59,745 nucleotides of DNA from an uncultured Muribaculaceae bacterium. GTDB lineage: Bacteria > Bacillota_I > Bacilli_A > RF39 > UBA660. The notes beneath the pieces are model-generated. The model was not told the origin of the DNA. It ran no database searches and saw only the letters and a program-made list of their open reading frames with translations. The stretch lies in assembly GCA_964422195.1 (NCBI GenBank), contig CAYRAF010000002.1, positions 3,513 to 63,257 on the forward strand, in the 5' to 3' direction. The position numbers and the translations under genes were made by a program. Each line of letters opens with the position of its first letter. The stretch's first letter is position 1. Shown here piece after piece: positions 1 through 9,982 of the stretch.

Positions 1-152
1 TCATCATTAGCTAAATCTCCTCTTAAGATTTTTATAGCCACTTTTCTATCTAAAATGATATCTTGAGCAAGATAAACATTGGCCATACCACCTTCACCAA
101 TTTGCCTTAAGATTTCATATCTTTCGCTTATGATTTGCCCCTTTCCTATCAT
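1..152 (-). CDS. prkC: Ser/Thr protein kinase, N-terminal fragment (gene continues beyond window)
   Basis: My translation of the reverse strand gives [47 protein letters not shown]. It has the glycine-rich loop GEGGMANV and the VAIK lysine of Hanks kinases. Its start overlaps the stop of the upstream PP2C gene, the usual prpC-prkC arrangement. Confidence 0.8.
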   Translation of the reverse strand, partial: MIGKGQIISERYEILRQIGEGGMANVYLAQDIILDRKVAIKILRGDLAND

Positions 153-895
153 TAGTTTTCACCCTCTTCATTCATTGTTAAATACGCAATAGAGATATTA
201 TCAGTTCCACCCCTATTATTACTTTTTCTAATTAATTTAACTACTTTTTCTTCTATACTTAATTCGCTATTTAATACTTCAATGATTTGTTCTTGATCTA
301 ACATATTAGTAAGTCCATCACTACACAACATAATTGCTTCTATATCCATATCACAATCAAATATATCTATATCTATTGGATCATTAGCACCAAGTGCCTT
401 CATTAAAACATTTTTCTTTGGATGATCTTTTGCTTCATCTTCAGATAATTCTCCTGCAGATACTAATAGATTTACTAATGTATGATCGTATGTCACTTTA
501 TGTAATTCTTTATTTTTAACAACAAATCCTGAAGAATCACCAATATTTCCAAATAATATATAATCTTTAGAAATTATAGATACTACTAATGTTGTTCCCA
601 TTCCCTTAGCCTCAGGATGTTCCTTCACATGCCTAAATATTAAACTATTTATTTCCGTAACAGCATCCCTTAACCAATTAATAGCTTGTTCTTTATTCAG
701 TTTATAAAATGTTTCTTTGAAATGATTACCCAAATAACTGATGGCAATACTACTAGCAACTTCTCCAGCAGAATGCCCTCCCATTCCATCAGCTACAGCC
801 ATTAAATATATATCTTCTAAACTTTTTAATATAATTACACTATCTTCATTATGATCTCTAACTTTACCTGAATCAGTTAAATAATATGAATTCAT
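152..895 (-). CDS. prpC: PP2C-family Ser/Thr protein phosphatase
   Basis: Carries RDHNEDS, the ADGMGGH metal-binding motif and a C-terminal GGTDNIS motif. Adjacent to the kinase gene. Confidence 0.9.
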   Translation of the reverse strand: MNSYYLTDSGKVRDHNEDSVIILKSLEDIYLMAVADGMGGHSAGEVASSIAISYLGNHFKETFYKLNKEQAINWLRDAVTEINSLIFRHVKEHPEAKGMGTTLVVSIISKDYILFGNIGDSSGFVVKNKELHKVTYDHTLVNLLVSAGELSEDEAKDHPKKNVLMKALGANDPIDIDIFDCDMDIEAIMLCSDGLTNMLDQEQIIEVLNSELSIEEKVVKLIRKSNNRGGTDNISIAYLTMNEEGEN

Positions 896-1914
896 AATTC
901 CTCCTTTTTAGATCTAAGTTGCCCACATGCCGCAGATATTTTAGATCCAAATTCTCTACGTTTTGTAACATTGATATTCTCTTTTTTAAGTATATCATAA
1001 AATGTATTAATTTGTACACTATTACTTCTCTTAAAATCAATATTATTTGTTTCATTATAAGGAATTAAGTTAATATAACAATTGATTCCTTTAACTAATT
1101 TTGCAAGTTCTAAAGCACACTCCTTACTATCATTAACACCATTTAATAAAATATACTCAAAAGTAACTCTCCTATTAGTCTTATTTACATATTCTTTTAT
1201 ACATGGTATTAATTCTTCTAAAGGATATACCTTATTAATAGGCATAATCTTATTTCTTATCTCATTATTAGGTGCATGTAAACTAATCGCAAGATTTACT
1301 TGTAATGGGAAATCACTAAATTCTTTAATTTTAGGAACAATTCCACAAGTTGATACTGTAATATGACGGGATCCTAAAGCAATTCCCTTTGGATTATTTA
1401 TTATTTCAAAGAATCTAATTAAATTATCATATTTATCAAAAGGTTCACCTATTCCCATAACTACTATATGAGAAATTCTTTTCTTTATATCTTCCTCTAT
1501 TTTTAATATTTGAAGAACCATCTCACTAGTTTCTAAATTACGTACTCTTTTTCTACGACCACTTTCACAGAACTTACATCCCATATTACAACCAACTTGT
1601 GAAGATATACACAAACTATTACCATAATCATGATTCATAAGCACTGCTTCTATTAACTCTCCATCCTGAAGTCTAAATAAATACTTATTAACATCCTTAT
1701 CTTCTTCTTTACCAATAATTTCTAAATTATCAATAATAAAATCATCGCTTATCTGTTTTAATAATTCTTTCTTTATATTAGTCATTTTATTATAAGAATC
1801 TACTCTTTTTTGATATAGCCACTCAAATATTTGAGTAGCCTTAAATTTCTTTTCACCATTTTTTAAAAAATACTCTTCTAGTTCTTTAAGTGTTTTATTA
1901 TATATACTTTCCAT
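892..1914 (-). CDS. rlmN: 23S rRNA/tRNA adenine-C2 methyltransferase RlmN (radical SAM)
   Basis: CNMGCKFC radical-SAM cysteine triad, a C-terminal ISAACGQL motif, and the rlmN-prpC-prkC synteny typical of Firmicutes. Confidence 0.9.
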   Translation of the reverse strand: MESIYNKTLKELEEYFLKNGEKKFKATQIFEWLYQKRVDSYNKMTNIKKELLKQISDDFIIDNLEIIGKEEDKDVNKYLFRLQDGELIEAVLMNHDYGNSLCISSQVGCNMGCKFCESGRRKRVRNLETSEMVLQILKIEEDIKKRISHIVVMGIGEPFDKYDNLIRFFEIINNPKGIALGSRHITVSTCGIVPKIKEFSDFPLQVNLAISLHAPNNEIRNKIMPINKVYPLEELIPCIKEYVNKTNRRVTFEYILLNGVNDSKECALELAKLVKGINCYINLIPYNETNNIDFKRSNSVQINTFYDILKKENINVTKRREFGSKISAACGQLRSKKEEL

Positions 1915-2005
1915 ATTACCACCACTACTTAAATTATATCATAACTTCCTTATAATTGCTTTTTTTTTATTTTAAGTATATAATCTTATGCAAGGAGATT
2001 TGCTT

Positions 2006-3154
2006 ATGGATGTTATTGGTATAATAGTTGAATATAATCCATTTCATAATGGTCATAAATATCAAATAGAAATGATTAAAAAAATGTATCCTAATTCTAT
2101 TATAATAGTAGTAATGAATGGTAATTTTTCTCAAAGAGGAGAACCTACTATTGTTGATAAATGGAAAAGATGTGAAATGGCTTTAATAAATGGTGTTGAT
2201 TTAGTAGTTGAATTACCTTTTGTATTTGGTACACAAAGTGCTGATATATTTGCACATGGAGCTTTATCTATATTAAATTATTTAAAAATAAACAAACTAG
2301 TATTTGGAAGTGAAACCAATGATATTAATTTATTTAATGAACTTGCCGATATTCAAATAAATAATAAAAAGTATGATAAACTAGTTAATGACTATTTAAA
2401 TAAGGGATATAACTATCCCACTAGCATGTCTAAAGCCTTGAAAGATATAAGTAATTTTAAAATAGAAAACTCTAATGACTTACTAGCATTAAGTTATATA
2501 AAAGAAATAAAGAAAAATAAATATAATATAGAAGCTATATCCATTAAAAGAACTAATGACTATAAATCCAATGATTTAAATACAAATATTATCAATGCTA
2601 CCACTTTAAGAAATATTATTAAAGAAAATAAAGATATTAAAAAGTATATACCTATCTATAAAAAAGATTTATATAGTAATTATGTCAATATAGAAGATTA
2701 TTTTAAATTATTAAAGTATAAAATATTAACAGAAAAGGACTTAACTATATATCAAACTGTTGACGAAGGTATAGAAAATAGAATAAATAAATATATTGTT
2801 AAATCTAATACTTATGAGGAATTAATAAACTTGATTAAAACAAAAAGGTATACTTATAACAAAATAAGTAGAATGTTATGCCATATACTTTGTAATTTCA
2901 CAAAGGAAGAAGCTAAAAGATTAAAAGAAGTTGAGTATATTAGAATATTAGGGTTTACTAATTCAGGCAAAAAGTACTTAAACAAAATAAAAAAAGAAAT
3001 AAGTATTCCTTTAATATCTAGATTTGCCTCATTAAAAAATAATGAAATGCTCAATATTGAATATAGAGCCACTAAAGTATATAATTCAATATTTGATAAT
3101 AACAAAGATTATATTGAAGAAGAATATAAAAAAACTCCTATTTATTTTAAATAG
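2006..3154 (+). CDS. tmcAL: tRNA(Met) cytidine acetate ligase (YlbM/TmcAL family nucleotidyltransferase)
   Basis: N-terminal GIIVEYNPFHNGH HxGH-like motif and a length of about 380 aa. I chose the ATG at 2006 because AAGGAG lies 8 nt upstream. The ORF-track start at 1988 has no RBS. Confidence 0.7.
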   Translation: MDVIGIIVEYNPFHNGHKYQIEMIKKMYPNSIIIVVMNGNFSQRGEPTIVDKWKRCEMALINGVDLVVELPFVFGTQSADIFAHGALSILNYLKINKLVFGSETNDINLFNELADIQINNKKYDKLVNDYLNKGYNYPTSMSKALKDISNFKIENSNDLLALSYIKEIKKNKYNIEAISIKRTNDYKSNDLNTNIINATTLRNIIKENKDIKKYIPIYKKDLYSNYVNIEDYFKLLKYKILTEKDLTIYQTVDEGIENRINKYIVKSNTYEELINLIKTKRYTYNKISRMLCHILCNFTKEEAKRLKEVEYIRILGFTNSGKKYLNKIKKEISIPLISRFASLKNNEMLNIEYRATKVYNSIFDNNKDYIEEEYKKTPIYFK

Positions 3155-3157
3155 GAG

Positions 3158-3466
3158 TTATTTTCTTTTCTTAGAAAAAATCTTAATAATTAAATAATCA
3201 AAAATGATATATAAAACAACTATTATCCAAAGTAATACTAATGTAATTACTCCTGATGTATACTTTTCTGCTAAATATGCAATAGATTCTGGTAAATAAG
3301 CTAATATATCTTTAATAACCGCAACCGGAATATTTTCTTTAATAAATGCTAATACTCTAAAAGCAATATCAACAATTCCAAAAGCAAAAACATAGCTAGT
3401 AAATTTTTTGAATCTCACTAAACAAAAAATTACAATTAATATAAATATAATTAAGTCAATATACAT
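3158..3466 (-). CDS. small hypothetical membrane protein (3 predicted TM helices)
   Basis: Hydrophobic 102-aa ORF in the same orientation as its neighbours. No recognisable motif. Confidence 0.5.
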   Translation of the reverse strand: MYIDLIIFILIVIFCLVRFKKFTSYVFAFGIVDIAFRVLAFIKENIPVAVIKDILAYLPESIAYLAEKYTSGVITLVLLWIIVVLYIIFDYLIIKIFSKKRK

Positions 3467-3519
3467 ACTACCACTACCTTCTATTAAATATTAACATAAA
3501 ATATAAAAAAAAGAAATAA

Positions 3520-4797
3520 TTATTTCTTTTTTTTAGGCTCTATTACAGCTAAAGATGAATTATTAAAATCAATATTCTCTACAATTTTATCTAAATCTTT
3601 TTTATTTAAACTTTTTATTTTATCTATCCTATCCGTAATTATAGTATCATATTTTAAATAATCACTTATTACATTATTTAAAGTAGCTTCTATATTATCA
3701 GTAATTTGTACCTCAGAAGCTCTCCATACTTTCTTTATTCTCTCAATATCTTCTTCCTTTATATCATTTTTTTGAAATTCCGATCTAATTTTATCTATTA
3801 ATTTATCTGGTTTTTCGCTATCAGCATAAAAACTTAACGTTGTATGATTATTAATAGTAAATATTTCTGTATAAAATGAAGTATACAGTTTTTCTAATTT
3901 AGCTTCTTCTCTAAATTTTGATGTAAGCCCAAATTTTAAAGTTAAAAATAAATTTAAATAATAATCTAAAAATTCTAAATTACAATCAAACTTAGTATTA
4001 TTAAGTTTTATAGAATACGCTACTTTTGGAATAACAACATTCATTTTTAATCTTTGTTCTTTTTTATAAACTTCATCTGGCTCTTCATAGTCTTTTGTAA
4101 CTATATCATACCTTTTAGATTTATATTTTTGATCATAATTATCTAATATACTTTCCATTTTTTCTATATCCATTTTCCCACTAGCAAAAACTGCCATATT
4201 AGAAGGATTATAGAAAGTATAATAGCATTCATATAATATTTCTTTAGTAATCTTATTTATTTCTTCTACAGTACCCGCTATATCATTTCTAGATGGTTCG
4301 TTCTTAAATACTCCAAGTCTTAAAACATCATCTATCTTGAATTCTGGCATATCATCGTACATTTTTATTTCTTGTTCTATAATACCCTGCTCTTTTTTTA
4401 CGTTTTCATCTGTAAAATATGGAGAAGATACATATTCAAGCAAAAATTCTAAATTATCATATATAGCATTATTACCATAACAAATATATTGTGTCCTAGT
4501 AAACCAAGTATTAGCATTAGCACCTGTACCACTCTTAGCAAAATAACCAAAAGGATCAGTACCATCTTCTTGTTCAAACATTTTATGTTCTAAAAAATGA
4601 GCAACTCCTTGAGGAATATGTAGAAATTCTTTCTTATTTTTTGGAATAAAATCATCTACAGAAGAACCATACTTAGTCAAAAAAGATAAAAAGTAATTAT
4701 TCTTATTTTCATAAGGAATTAAAAAGACATCTAACCCATTTTTTAATTTTTTAGTATAAATAGTTACATCTAAATCTTTTAACTTAATCTTCTTCAT
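3520..4797 (-). CDS. M16-family zinc peptidase (active subunit, YmfH-like)
   Basis: Inverted zincin motif HFLEH near the N-terminus. Its start overlaps the stop of the partner M16 gene. Confidence 0.85.
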   Translation of the reverse strand: MKKIKLKDLDVTIYTKKLKNGLDVFLIPYENKNNYFLSFLTKYGSSVDDFIPKNKKEFLHIPQGVAHFLEHKMFEQEDGTDPFGYFAKSGTGANANTWFTRTQYICYGNNAIYDNLEFLLEYVSSPYFTDENVKKEQGIIEQEIKMYDDMPEFKIDDVLRLGVFKNEPSRNDIAGTVEEINKITKEILYECYYTFYNPSNMAVFASGKMDIEKMESILDNYDQKYKSKRYDIVTKDYEEPDEVYKKEQRLKMNVVIPKVAYSIKLNNTKFDCNLEFLDYYLNLFLTLKFGLTSKFREEAKLEKLYTSFYTEIFTINNHTTLSFYADSEKPDKLIDKIRSEFQKNDIKEEDIERIKKVWRASEVQITDNIEATLNNVISDYLKYDTIITDRIDKIKSLNKKDLDKIVENIDFNNSSLAVIEPKKKK

Positions 4798-6055
4798 TTT
4801 CTCTAGCTCCCTTTAATAAATAAATAGTATCTATTTTTATCTTTTTAGCAACTCTAATAATATCTTCCTTCTTAACTTCTTTTATTTTTTTCTTTCTTGT
4901 TTCTATATCATCTATACCAAGTATCTGCATAGCTACATAGTTTTCTAATATTTCATATTCACTATCTTCTAATTGTTCTAATGATGCAATAAAGAAAGTA
5001 GATGCTTTATTCATATCTTCTTCTGTAAAATTACCTTTCTTCATATCATTCATCAATTCTTCTACAAGTTTAACTGTTTTATTAAAATTTTTGCCTTCAA
5101 TACCAGAAATAACTAATAATAGATTATCTAGTTTACTAGCTCTAGAATAAACATAATATGCTAGAGAGTTCTTTTCTCTAACTATTCTAAATAATTTTGA
5201 ATCTGTTGATACTCCTAGTAATATATTATACATAGTTAAACTGTATTTTAAATCAAATTCATCTAATTTACTATATTTACATCCTATAGCTAACTTAGAT
5301 TGAGATAAATCATCAGTTTCAATTACTTTCTTAACTTTATTTCGTGCTTTAGTAATTGGTAAATATGGATTATCTTCACTATTCAATTTATAAAATTTAA
5401 AGTTATCCGTAATTACTTTTTCCATTGTATCAAAGTCAAAATTACCAATAACATATACATCAACAACACTGTTTCTAATAAAATCTTTATAATAAGTATA
5501 CAAGTTAGTACTATTTATTTTTTTTAAATCTTCTAAACTACCAACTAATCTATAGGCATATGGAGCATCTTTATCCATTTCTTCATACATCCTACTAAGA
5601 CTATAAGCATCTGTATTTTCTTTAAAACTTTTAATTTCTCCTTCAATCATTTTTTTAACTATATCAAATGAATCATTATCAAACTTTTGCATTTCGACAT
5701 TAGGATTAAAAATAACTTCTGAAAGTAATTTAACACATTCTTCTAAATTTCCTTTCTCTGTATACTTTTCTTCCAAGGCATTTAAATTAAAAATACTAAG
5801 AAAATAATTTCCCAGTCTCATGTTTCTATCACTAATATTAACCCCATATAATTCTTGAGATTTAATCATTAATTCCCTTTTTGTTTTATATTTTTTAGTA
5901 GAATAAGTAAGTAATGATGTCAAAAAATTTCTTTTAGTAATTTCATTATTATTAATCTTATTCCTTAAAGATATTCTGATATTAACATTTTTAAACTTAT
6001 CAGTTTTAATAAAATGAATTTTAAAAGTTCTTTTATCAATTGTCTTTATTTCCAT
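4784..6055 (-). CDS. M16-family peptidase-like protein lacking the HxxEH motif (YmfF-like inactive partner)
   Basis: Same length class and pairing as the downstream M16 gene. No HxxEH is visible in the translation. Confidence 0.7.
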   Translation of the reverse strand: MEIKTIDKRTFKIHFIKTDKFKNVNIRISLRNKINNNEITKRNFLTSLLTYSTKKYKTKRELMIKSQELYGVNISDRNMRLGNYFLSIFNLNALEEKYTEKGNLEECVKLLSEVIFNPNVEMQKFDNDSFDIVKKMIEGEIKSFKENTDAYSLSRMYEEMDKDAPYAYRLVGSLEDLKKINSTNLYTYYKDFIRNSVVDVYVIGNFDFDTMEKVITDNFKFYKLNSEDNPYLPITKARNKVKKVIETDDLSQSKLAIGCKYSKLDEFDLKYSLTMYNILLGVSTDSKLFRIVREKNSLAYYVYSRASKLDNLLLVISGIEGKNFNKTVKLVEELMNDMKKGNFTEEDMNKASTFFIASLEQLEDSEYEILENYVAMQILGIDDIETRKKKIKEVKKEDIIRVAKKIKIDTIYLLKGARENEED

Positions 6056-6087
6056 AATATCACCTTTCTTATTATATGCACTTTTTA

Positions 6088-6801
6088 TTAGTTTATAAGT
6101 GATTCAAGTGCTAAAACAATCATATCATCTAAACTTCTTTCCCTTTCTTTTGCAGATACTTCTTTAGTTTCATATTTAGAATCAACAATAGTCATTAAAG
6201 ATGCTGTTTCTCTCTTAAATCTCTCGCCTAAGTAAAATAGCCCAAAAGCTTCCATCTCAACTGCTAAAAAATTAACCTTTGGATAATTAGATTTAAATTT
6301 TTCTTGATCTACATAAACATCAAAAACATCACTAGTCATTGTAAGCCCTGAAACTACTGGTCTATGTAATTTTTGTGCTGTTCTTAATATTTTCTCGTTT
6401 AATGTATGTGAGCTTCTTACAATATTCTTATCTTTACCATCTAACAGTTTGTCATAATAACTTAACGAATATGCTCCTACAGATAAGATAATATCTTTAA
6501 TTCTTACATCTTTATGTTGACTTCCTGCACTACCAATCCTAATAATTCTTTTAACATTGTAAAATTCAAATAATTCATAAGCATAAATACCAATGCTAGG
6601 AATACCCATACCTGATGCAAAAACTGTTACTCTCTTTCCTTTATAATATCCAGTGTAAGCGAACATATTACGTACTCTATTAACTAATTTAGCATCATCT
6701 AAAAACTTTTCTGCAATATATTTAGCACGTAATGGATCACCTGGCATTAATACATCTTCTGCTATTTGATTTTTTTTACTTTCAATATGTGGCGTTGGCA
6801 T
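6088..6801 (-). CDS. deoD: purine nucleoside phosphorylase DeoD-type
   Basis: MPTPHI...GDPLRAKYIAE...FASGMGIPS...VEMEA signature blocks of hexameric PNP. Confidence 0.85.
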   Translation of the reverse strand: MPTPHIESKKNQIAEDVLMPGDPLRAKYIAEKFLDDAKLVNRVRNMFAYTGYYKGKRVTVFASGMGIPSIGIYAYELFEFYNVKRIIRIGSAGSQHKDVRIKDIILSVGAYSLSYYDKLLDGKDKNIVRSSHTLNEKILRTAQKLHRPVVSGLTMTSDVFDVYVDQEKFKSNYPKVNFLAVEMEAFGLFYLGERFKRETASLMTIVDSKYETKEVSAKERERSLDDMIVLALESLIN

Positions 6802-6825
6802 ATTATCACTCCCTTTATTCTTTTA

Positions 6826-7626
6826 TTATTTTATTATTTCTATTTTTTGATAAGGTATATCAATATGTTTTAAATCATGTTCTTCCTTTATAATACCATT
6901 TATATCTCTTTCTATTTGCCATCTATTAGAAGTATTACAAGAAACACTTATAGTATATACTACTGAACTATCTTCAAACTTTGATATCCCTATATATTTA
7001 GATCCTTTTACACCTTCAATTTCCCCTATTTTAGTAATAATTTTATCAATTACCTTTTCCATATCTTTTTTCTTAGTTTCATATGATATAGGTATATTTA
7101 CAATGATATTTGCTTTTTCTTGAGATAAATTAACAACTTCAGAAACATTTCTATTTGCTAGTACTAATACTTTACTTTCTAAACTCTTTACTTTAGTTGT
7201 TCTAAAACCAATTCTAATTACTTCTCCTTGAAAATCATTATATTTAATAGTATCTCCAACTACAAAGAAATTATCAGTTATTATGAATACTCCTCCAATA
7301 AAATCTTTGATAGTATCTTGTAAAGCAAGTCCTAATACTACTGATGCTATTCCTAAAGAAGCAACTACAGCTTTTACATTAACTCCAAAAATACTTAGAA
7401 TTATAACACCTATTATTACATAAAAAATATAAGTAATAATACTACGCATAAGATTAAAAACTGTTAATCTTCTTTTCTTTTCAAAACCATCTTTTCCTTT
7501 CATTAAAAGATTATGAATAATTCTCATTAATAACTTATAAACAATATATCCAAGTATAATAGTAATTATAGGACCATATACTTCCTTTTTAGAAATAATA
7601 TCCCATAAAAAATCTAAATAATCCAT
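6826..7626 (-). CDS. small-conductance mechanosensitive channel (MscS family)
   Basis: Three N-terminal TM helices followed by an MscS beta-domain block (GDTIKYNDFQGEVIRIGFRTTKV). Confidence 0.8.
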   Translation of the reverse strand: MDYLDFLWDIISKKEVYGPIITIILGYIVYKLLMRIIHNLLMKGKDGFEKKRRLTVFNLMRSIITYIFYVIIGVIILSIFGVNVKAVVASLGIASVVLGLALQDTIKDFIGGVFIITDNFFVVGDTIKYNDFQGEVIRIGFRTTKVKSLESKVLVLANRNVSEVVNLSQEKANIIVNIPISYETKKKDMEKVIDKIITKIGEIEGVKGSKYIGISKFEDSSVVYTISVSCNTSNRWQIERDINGIIKEEHDLKHIDIPYQKIEIIK

Positions 7627-7683
7627 ACCATCACCTTAACACGATTATAACATATTTAAAAAAAATAATGAATAATACTTTCA

Positions 7684-9861
7684 TTATTTTTTACTTTTTA
7701 CTTTTTCATTAGAATTATAAGGATACTTTTGTTTTAAATATTCATCACTTACTCCACATTTTAATTCTAAATCATTACGTGAATATGCAATGAGTGGATT
7801 AATACGTATTTTGCCATTATTGCAATTAATTAATAAAGGCTCCTCTATATCCTTTAGATACTCTATTCTAGCAAAAACAGTTGCTGGAGATTGTCTCAAA
7901 ATCCTTGTATTTATATATGGAACAATGCTATTTTCTTTGATTATTTCATACATTTTTTCTATATATTCCTTCTTACTTTGAATTATGACATAACTTTTTA
8001 ACAAATCTGGACGTTCTACAAAAATTTTAAGATTAACAATATCTGTAATATCCTTTGCACTCTTTTTGAATGTCTGTTTTTCTAAGAGACTAGCATTATC
8101 TTTGAATACTTTAAGACTCGATATTTTCTTAATTTCTGATAATGGACACTTATATAAAATATCCGGAAAAAATTCAAGGTGATCTTCAAAAACTTCCATT
8201 TTTCTTGCTTCTTGTAATTCTTCCTCGGTATAATCAAGAATAGCAAGTCCTTTACTGTTATCACGTTTAAGTTTTTTCAAGTAATTATTAATACAAAAAT
8301 TATCTAGTTTTTGTATGGTTTCCTCTAACAACTCACAATCATTAGGATTTATTCCAATTTTTCTAACTACTTGTCTATAAAAATCTAATCTTTTCTTTAA
8401 TGATATATATGCAATATCAAAAGCATTAGCCATCTCATAAGGAGAATAGTGAAATAATACCAAGCTATTGATTTCTGTAAACGTAAGAGGTAAACTATAC
8501 TCTATTCTAAGATGATGCAAATTGTTATCATCCAAAAACATATTAACTATGCTGTTAATATTATCCCTTGTTATCTTATATTTTAATTCTAATTCTTCAT
8601 AACTAATCCCATCAATCCAATCAAGTATTAACTCTTTTTTATTATCAACTAAGCTATCTATTCTATTTCTTTCTTTTTCTTTGTTAACATTTTTTCTAAA
8701 TTTAATAACATCTTTTGCATTTTTTTGCTTAGGGTCACCTAAATTATTGCAATAATCATTAACAATTTGAGAAACTCTTTGAGCAGTAATATTATATTTT
8801 TTTGCAATATCACATGTAGAATACCCTTCTAACAACAAATTATAAAATTCAAATTTTCGTTTATATAATTTATACTTAGTTGCATTGTTTACTTTAATAT
8901 ATTCTAAAATACCTTCTTCTACATCCTTTAAAGACATATTGAATAATCTACAAATATTTATAGCACTTACACCATTCTTATAAAGAAAAAAGCAAGTCTT
9001 ATTAGTATCTAAGATACTATAATCATATAAGTTTTTATCAATCAAGCTCTTATATATCATATATAAGGCATCTATATGGTTTTGTTGATTCATAATCTCA
9101 TCAATACTTTCTTTAGAAAATATAAAATTCAATCCTAACTTAGATAAATTATTATGTCTATAACTATTTATAGTAAAACTTCTACATTCAATTTTTCTAA
9201 TAAGCGCTAATGCTTTAGAAGCTATTTTTCTATTAATATCTTCTAAAATAGTTTTTGATTTATTATTAAAAATTTCAAGTATATCTTCATTAGTAAAACT
9301 ATTTGCTTCTAAGAATAATATGGAGTTTCGTAATAATTCTTCATTACCTATATCATATAATGATTTATTAATTAAATACTTATATACATCTGCAACTCTT
9401 TTTTTATCTTTTATTATATCTATATCATCTATCATAGGTAAGTTATGTTTTTGTATAAATGCATTTAATTCAAAAAATTTCTTATTATTATTTATACTCT
9501 TTTCTTTATTAACACCTTCAAAATAAATTATATATTTCTTAGCAAGAGCAATATCCTTATTATAATCTAATTCATAGCCATCATTTAATACTTCACCATA
9601 ATACTCATCTAATTTCTTATTTATAGTTTCTACACTTATACCATATTTCTCAGATATTTTACTTATAGGAACATTATTCTCATATTCTTCTACAAACTTA
9701 TATGTATACCAAGTAGTTTTATTAGCTTTATGTAGTTTGAAAAAATCTTGAATATAAGATTCAATATCATCTACTGAAATATTAAGTTCATTACTAATAA
9801 ACGCTTTAGGTTTATTTATGAAATAATAATATACTAATTTATAACTATCTTGTATATTCAT
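7684..9861 (-). CDS. large hypothetical protein with at least six helix-turn-helix-like repeats
   Basis: Repeated modules such as ISKISEKYGISVETINKKL, CDIAKKYNITAQRVSQIVNDY and SYEELELKYKITRDNINSIVNMF. I chose the start at the ATG preceded by GGGAG (MNIQDSY...), not the ORF-track start at 9876. Confidence 0.6.
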   Translation of the reverse strand: MNIQDSYKLVYYYFINKPKAFISNELNISVDDIESYIQDFFKLHKANKTTWYTYKFVEEYENNVPISKISEKYGISVETINKKLDEYYGEVLNDGYELDYNKDIALAKKYIIYFEGVNKEKSINNNKKFFELNAFIQKHNLPMIDDIDIIKDKKRVADVYKYLINKSLYDIGNEELLRNSILFLEANSFTNEDILEIFNNKSKTILEDINRKIASKALALIRKIECRSFTINSYRHNNLSKLGLNFIFSKESIDEIMNQQNHIDALYMIYKSLIDKNLYDYSILDTNKTCFFLYKNGVSAINICRLFNMSLKDVEEGILEYIKVNNATKYKLYKRKFEFYNLLLEGYSTCDIAKKYNITAQRVSQIVNDYCNNLGDPKQKNAKDVIKFRKNVNKEKERNRIDSLVDNKKELILDWIDGISYEELELKYKITRDNINSIVNMFLDDNNLHHLRIEYSLPLTFTEINSLVLFHYSPYEMANAFDIAYISLKKRLDFYRQVVRKIGINPNDCELLEETIQKLDNFCINNYLKKLKRDNSKGLAILDYTEEELQEARKMEVFEDHLEFFPDILYKCPLSEIKKISSLKVFKDNASLLEKQTFKKSAKDITDIVNLKIFVERPDLLKSYVIIQSKKEYIEKMYEIIKENSIVPYINTRILRQSPATVFARIEYLKDIEEPLLINCNNGKIRINPLIAYSRNDLELKCGVSDEYLKQKYPYNSNEKVKSKK

Positions 9862-9982
9862 ATTACCAGCTCCCACTAGCGCATATTATATCATATTTTT
9901 TAATTTTATTCAAGAACATGCATATTTCTCTTCTTTTTTTTATATAAAAGTGATAAAATTATAATGATTATGGAGGATAGAT

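Noticed and set aside
873-1366. Track ORFs 873..1055 (-) and 1082..1366 (+), and many similar 60-110-aa ORFs inside or antisense to long genes. Examples are 2854..3105, 7790..7981, 10738..11025, 15960..16301, 29350..29586, 35565..35882, 52080..52418, 57945..58229 and 58644..58883.
   Set aside because: All lie within, or antisense to, well-supported longer CDSs. They lack RBSs and have the Ile/Leu/Phe/Ser-rich composition expected from random reading of AT-rich antisense sequence.
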